Assembly: GCF_009914755.1 (NCBI RefSeq)
Contig: NC_060948.1
DNA: 64,000 nucleotides
Reading direction: 5' to 3' (one strand)
Source: the human T2T-CHM13v2.0 reference genome, Homo sapiens
The position numbers and the translations under genes are program-made. Of this stretch, positions 57,348 through 64,000 are shown piece after piece. Every line of letters begins with the position of its first letter. Within the stretch, counting starts at the first letter, position 1. The notes below the pieces were generated by a model. It had not been told where the DNA came from, searched no databases, and was given only the letters and a program-made list of their open reading frames with translations.

Positions 57348-60300
57348 AAATCTTGGTCTTTTTATAAGATATGACAAAGAGCAGTGCTTTAAAGTAATCA
57401 AACAATACATTATAATATGTAATAGAAGAAGTTGTGTGCTATTGGAAGTCAGAAATGGGAAAAGAGTTTTGTAATGGAAAATCAGATCAACATGTATTTT
57501 CATTTTTTATGTTGTTGCACTGAGTCTGAGGCTTGTACATCAGATTGATTTCTATCTTTTTTGCATCAGACACCATCACTGCTGTTGAATGTTCTCTATT
57601 CTATCGATAATTTATATTCAACCATTGCTAAATCTGTTGAGGAAAAAAGAAGTCCCAATGAAGTGTTTAGCAGGGATTGGTTACAGAGAGTTGCAGCATA
57701 ATTCTAGTTGTAAAGGTGACCTTTAGTACCAAAAAGGGATTTTAAGCTGAATGAATGAACATCCTCCCCTGGTGTGGTGGAGGAGTCACTGAATGTATAA
57801 TAAACTAGTTTGCTAACAATGTTTTGGATATAAGGAAAACCTGTACTACTTAAAGGAACAGCTGAGAGTGTTCATGGATATTTTTAGAGAGATCATAGTA
57901 CTATATCCATCTCTAGCTAAAGAAATGAACAAGACCTTAGAAATGCACTTGAGTCTCTCCTGCCAAGATTACATCTCAAATAGAACAGGTGGAAATGGCT
58001 GTGTTAGGTGCTAGGGGATAAGGAGGAAGACAGGCATTGAGTCTTTTACTAGAGACACCAACTAGTGTTTCTATCCTCAGTCATTACAATCTTTAATTTT
58101 ACTCACAGGAATTTAAACATTTCTTATGCTGAATAAAAACTAAAAAAATAAAACACTGATATCACACATCTAGACCTCACTGTCTGCAGGGTTTGGTAAG
58201 GGAGAATGACGTGGGCTGTCATAATCTCCACAAGCTTATCAGTGCTTAAGAATTCTGGCTATGCATCCCTGAGATCTTTAATAGACAGATTACATCGGGC
58301 AGCAGCTCACTTATCTGGATTTCCCAAATCCTCTCCTTTATTCTTCAAGAATACATGTTTTTTATTTATTTTTTAAAGAACAGAATAAATGTTTTTTCTT
58401 TACCTTTCGAATATACCCTGAATCCTTCAAAAATTGCCTAATAGTCAACATGAACAGAATACTCCTTTTCCTAGATTCTCACTGCTTAGTAGATGAGATA
58501 GCCACACATCTAATAGACCCAATTTAGAAAAATTGGATCCATGAAAAAAACGAGGAATCTTCACTTCCATTTGTTTCTTTAGAACACTAAAAATTAATAA
58601 CAAATATTAGTACGAAGTTTTTCCTAAAATATTTATTCATTTATTTTTCTTTCAACACACATTAAGTAAAAATTTTATAATTATTTCAGAAGGCTTAAAG
58701 AAGCAAAAGAAACATGAGATGATAAAATGAATCCAGTGTTTTTTCAAAGCCGTATCAAAATGTATGCATAACAAATAAAAAGCAGTAGACTTTTCAAATA
58801 TATTTTTTATGAATAAATATGAGATCTCATGGTATTCAAACTTATGTGATTTTATATATATATTTGTTTTCACCCTCTTAGTAACGTGAAAGCACGGCAG
58901 TTAGTGTGCATTCAAGTAAAAGGTAGAGGTCAACATTCTTTTTCTTCTCTATTACATTATACATCTTATATCTGTATCTATAGATAGATATACATGTACA
59001 CATATGTACATATGTTATACATACATATATATACTGCATATAGTATATGGTTAGTATACAGTATAAACTCTGGTACACAGTATACTTATATATAGTATGT
59101 AATATACAGTATACCATTATATACTCTATAATGTACATAATATAGAATTATAGTATGTACTATGATACACAGTATATCACTCCATCACTCCCTAGTTCCC
59201 CCTCCCTTGCAATATTGTAGGTGTTCTAATTTTTATATTGGAAGAGAAGGGATAATATTTCCTGAATTCTTACCATATGTCAGACATTTTGTCATTATCT
59301 TTCAACCTTCATCACGTGTCTCCAAGCCTGATATTCTTATTCTCTATGTAGATGGGTAAGTTAAGGCCAACAGTGGCTGGAAAATTTGCTCAATATTTCA
59401 CAGCTGTTAATGAGCCAGAGCTTCAGAAATTTGAATACAGGGACATTATTTCCTTTACGACCACCACAGACTCAGATTGAGGGGAGAAAATCTTCCTTTA
59501 TCACATGTGGCATCTCTGAGTCAAGTATATTGTTCAAATCCTGCACAATATCTGACAATGACTAGACATATGCTCTTCCTTGGTCCTGTAGCCTTCTGCC
59601 ATACAGGTCAATATGCAATGGTTGGAGGCAACTTCACAAAAGTCCCCCTAAGGAGGAGTTACCTGGAGGATGGACTTTAGATTACACCTGGAACCATTGA
59701 TCAGGATGTTGCAACTCCCTGCCTGCCTGGGTCTGCACATTACATCTCAATGCTGAGTACTAACCATTAGATGACATTTTACCATGCACAATCTCAATTT
59801 TTTGTAACAATTAAACCTTAAGATGTAATTGGTTTTATAGCTTACTTTATCAACCATAAGGAAAGGTAGAAATGAGAATTTGGTATATTTGTTTTTTGAA
59901 GGGGAAGTGTTATCTTAAAAGGGTTAGTTGCAAAGATGTTTAAAGGCTCTATGCTTTATGAATTATCTCCAAATTTTTATGATTCTCCTTCTACCTCTGC
60001 CCACTTGTGCAAATAATAATAAGATAATTCTTCAGTGTATAGCTTCCAAGCACAATTTAGCATCTGCAGCAGCCCTCAGCTTGTTTCTGGGTGTCTTATT
60101 TATACTAAATATGTTAACCTTGGCGTAAATATATGTACCATTTTAACAAACTTCTTACAGCTGCTGTAATGTGCTTTCATCTTTTCTGGACTCTGTCTTC
60201 AAAAATTGTCCACGTGTGTATGTATTTCACTTTCAAATAGAGAGCAAACAAATGATGCATGTGTTGACTTGCAGCTTTTAATTATAAATCCTATTTTATT

Positions 60301-60410
60301 TTGAGTGTTAATATCAATTTTCATTGCTGTAACTGCAATATCTGTTCATTTACTTCAAATGCAATTATTGAGTAAGAAAGAGAATGCCCACTTGTTGAAA
60401 AATTCTTAAT

Positions 60411-60615
60411 CAGAATTTCTCAGCCTGAGTACTGTTAACATTTGGGTCCAGATAACTTCTTTGCTGTGGGGGTCTCTCCAGTGCACCAGAGGGTGTTTAG
60501 TAGCATCCCTAACCTCCACCCTTCATAGGAACTGCCCTCTGTCTACAAAAACCAAAAATGTCTCCAGACCTTCCCAAATACCCCTCTGGGGCAAATCACT
60601 CCTGGATGAGTTTTG
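60411..60615 (-). mobile_element. MER20 remnant
   Basis: tttctcagcctgagtactgttaacatttggg ... accaaaaatgtctccagac ... ccctctggggcaaatcactcc. Confidence 0.75.
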
Positions 60616-60913
60616 CAGTTCAGAAACAGTGAAACTTGAAATACTGAAATTTTTCCCAGAGACACTTAGTTTTCCTTTATTTTTGAAGATCATTTGATGC
60701 ATTAAAAAATAGTAAACATGTTATAAAAATTGAATAATGATGCTGTCAGGATTTATATTTAAAAGAAAAATAAGAGCAATTTTTAAAGGAAAAGACAACA
60801 TGATAGACATGCCTAGGATGAAAGCAGAATGTACCTTTGCTGCTTGGGTATTTTGTGCTCATTGATAAATATATATGAAGAGCAGATTGTAACTTCCTGA
60901 TTTATTGGTTTAA

Positions 60914-61825
<912 letters not shown>

Positions 61826-64000
61826 CTTTTCCCTATTTCCCCTCCTATCCCTCTGCCCCTACTGCTCAGCAATGTAAAAGAGACAAATAAGGAGAAAGAA
61901 AATCTCCAAACCAGGAATGTTTTTGTGCCACTGACTTTAGATAAAAATGCAAAAGGGCAGTCATCCTGTCCCAGCAGACCCTTCTCATTGGCATTTTCCA
62001 GTATTGTGAGATCAATTTCTGACCATATGAAATGTGAAAAGTATATGTTTCTGTTACAATACTGCTTTAAGATCTAAACCATGCCAACAGATGTTTCGTG
62101 TGACTAGGACATCACCATTTCAAGGAACTGTGTGTTTCCAACATCATGGTAGCAGCACACACTTCCAAAGCTCAGCCAGGGACACTTAATATTTTTTAAT
62201 TACAATGGAAATTTAAACATTTTTATGTGGGCTACACAATGGATGGCTCTTCTTAAGTGAAGAAAGACTCTATAGGCTTTTACACAGCACATGAAGCAGT
62301 AATCCAGAAAGAAGGAAATGCAGAATTTTATTATCAAAGTAAGCGAATTGACTGTGCAGAAAAATTGTAGGGTTCTGTGGAAGGAGGTATTCTGCCAGCC
62401 TGAACTATATTTAAGAAACTTTGTAAAAAATAAAAATGTATATAGCTGTGAGCTCAAACAAAAACTGCAGACAAACAAAAAAGAGAAAAGCTTTTATTTG
62501 TGTTTTCAGTTTGAAAGAACTTTTAGCAAGGTTGTGCTTTCAAACACATATTAGTCCTACCACCTTAGTTCCTCTACAGCAAAAGAGGCTTTTCTTCTTA
62601 ATTACATGTAAACAAAGACATGGGATTTTCTGACGTAAGATTTTCATTTGTAGGAATATGTGATGTCAAATGGAAGACTCAGAAGTTTTGTGTGGCCTAT
62701 TTCTCCCTGTCAGGTTGCACAGATGCATGTAGAGCATTCTTAGGAGACCATTGTTTTAGAAAACTTTGATTTGTACATGTTAGTTTTCATGAAATTGCAA
62801 CACAGAGATAGGTCCTAAAAGTGGAATGTATTTAAAACTTGTTGAATTAGACACACACACACAGACACACACAAAGAATCAGCAGAGAAAACAAAATACA
62901 AGTCCTGTTCTGTAGTTCTTGCCCTTTGAATATATTTGGGAAGAGTTGCTTCCTATTTCAGGACCCTGCCAAAAAAGAAGAAAGCTTGCCTTTGGTGGGG
63001 CTATGCCCCTTGGAGTAAATACAGCTCTGTGTTCCCTAGCAGCTGCCGGAGGATTTGGCTGATGAAGTACCTGCTCAGCTTAGCTAATCAGATTAAAGGA
63101 AGACATGTATGTCTTTTGTTTAAGCACCTAGTCCCTTATGTATCAGTAAACAGGTTTTTAAAAATCTTTTATGTCATTTATAGGATAAAACATATGCTTG
63201 TCTGAAAATATCACCTTTTGTGGATTTATCTGATCACCAAATAATAAATATTAAGAAGAATGGGGGAAAAAGGATAGAATATTAAAACTGCTTTGCATAG
63301 GTTTTTGGGGAAATTAGGATATCTTCACTGACAAGACACTGAATGGAATTTATTCACCCATTTTAAATTGGTTACTTGGGGATCAGAGATTTGTCTCTCC
63401 AACAGCTTGTGGTTTTCTTATTACTCATTTTCAGGAAAGTTTGTAGTATTACAAGGCAGAAGGAAACACAGTAGCAATGGTTGCTCTATATTTTGTCTTT
63501 CAAAGATTACTGCATTACCAAGAAACAGTAGCCAAAGATGTTTGAAGATCATGTCCCTTAGCTGCATTGTGGGTTATTCTAGAAATCCAATGTTAAATGC
63601 CTCTACTAAAGTGGGGATTCCCCATAAAAATTGTCCAGCTACCTGACTCTTTTGCAATAACAACTTTGATTACTGAATCCATACACTCAAACTATAGTGA
63701 TATATCAGTGTTTGGGAGTGACCTCTAGAAAAAAGAAAACTGTTTTTAGAAATACATAAAATCACTTCCAAATCCTGTTGCTTATGTTGGGTTAAATTTG
63801 AAAGCAATTCTCTATATATAAATATGTGAAATATTATGATCTGAACTTAGCACACATGAAGCAACATTTCTTTGCTACACAGAGGTGTCTTGGAAAGATT
63901 TCATTCCCAATTCATTTTTCATAGATCTATAATCAGGCAATTTCTGCAAGCAATGTATGACCCCACCTGAGCAACCACAAATAGGCTCTCCATGAAACTG
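61826..64000 (+). other. NLGN4Y: NLGN4Y 3' UTR (probably continues past the window)
   Basis: Follows the stop codon directly; AU-rich and free of recognisable interspersed repeats. Candidate AATAAA at ~62429 and 63243-63248; the cleavage site cannot be fixed from sequence. Confidence 0.8.

Overview
Primate (most likely human Y-chromosome) genomic DNA holding the 3' part of the neuroligin-4 Y-linked gene (NLGN4Y) on the + strand. The last three coding exons lie at 44777-44962, 50293-51082 and 60976-61825, followed by 3' UTR that probably runs past the window end. Everything before 44777 appears to be one large intron full of repeats: about 20 Alus, L1 fragments, MaLR LTRs, MER1B/MER20 DNA transposons, and a decayed ~7.6-kb ERV9/LTR12-type provirus on the - strand nested inside an LTR8-like element. 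I see no new multi-gene system; nearly all short ORFs in the track are repeat or low-complexity noise. The best leads are: (1) an in-frame upstream 3' splice acceptor that would add 12 aa at the neuroligin 'splice site B' position, with an RBFOX motif inside it; (2) a probable Alu 3' transduction; (3) a ~720-bp degenerate telomere-like tract carrying clustered nuclear-receptor DR1 elements; (4) two local templated insertions, one inverted and one direct; (5) an antisense LTR12 promoter whose partner 3' LTR has lost its polyA region. Repeat boundaries and subfamily names were read by eye and are approximate; exon boundaries were counted base by base.
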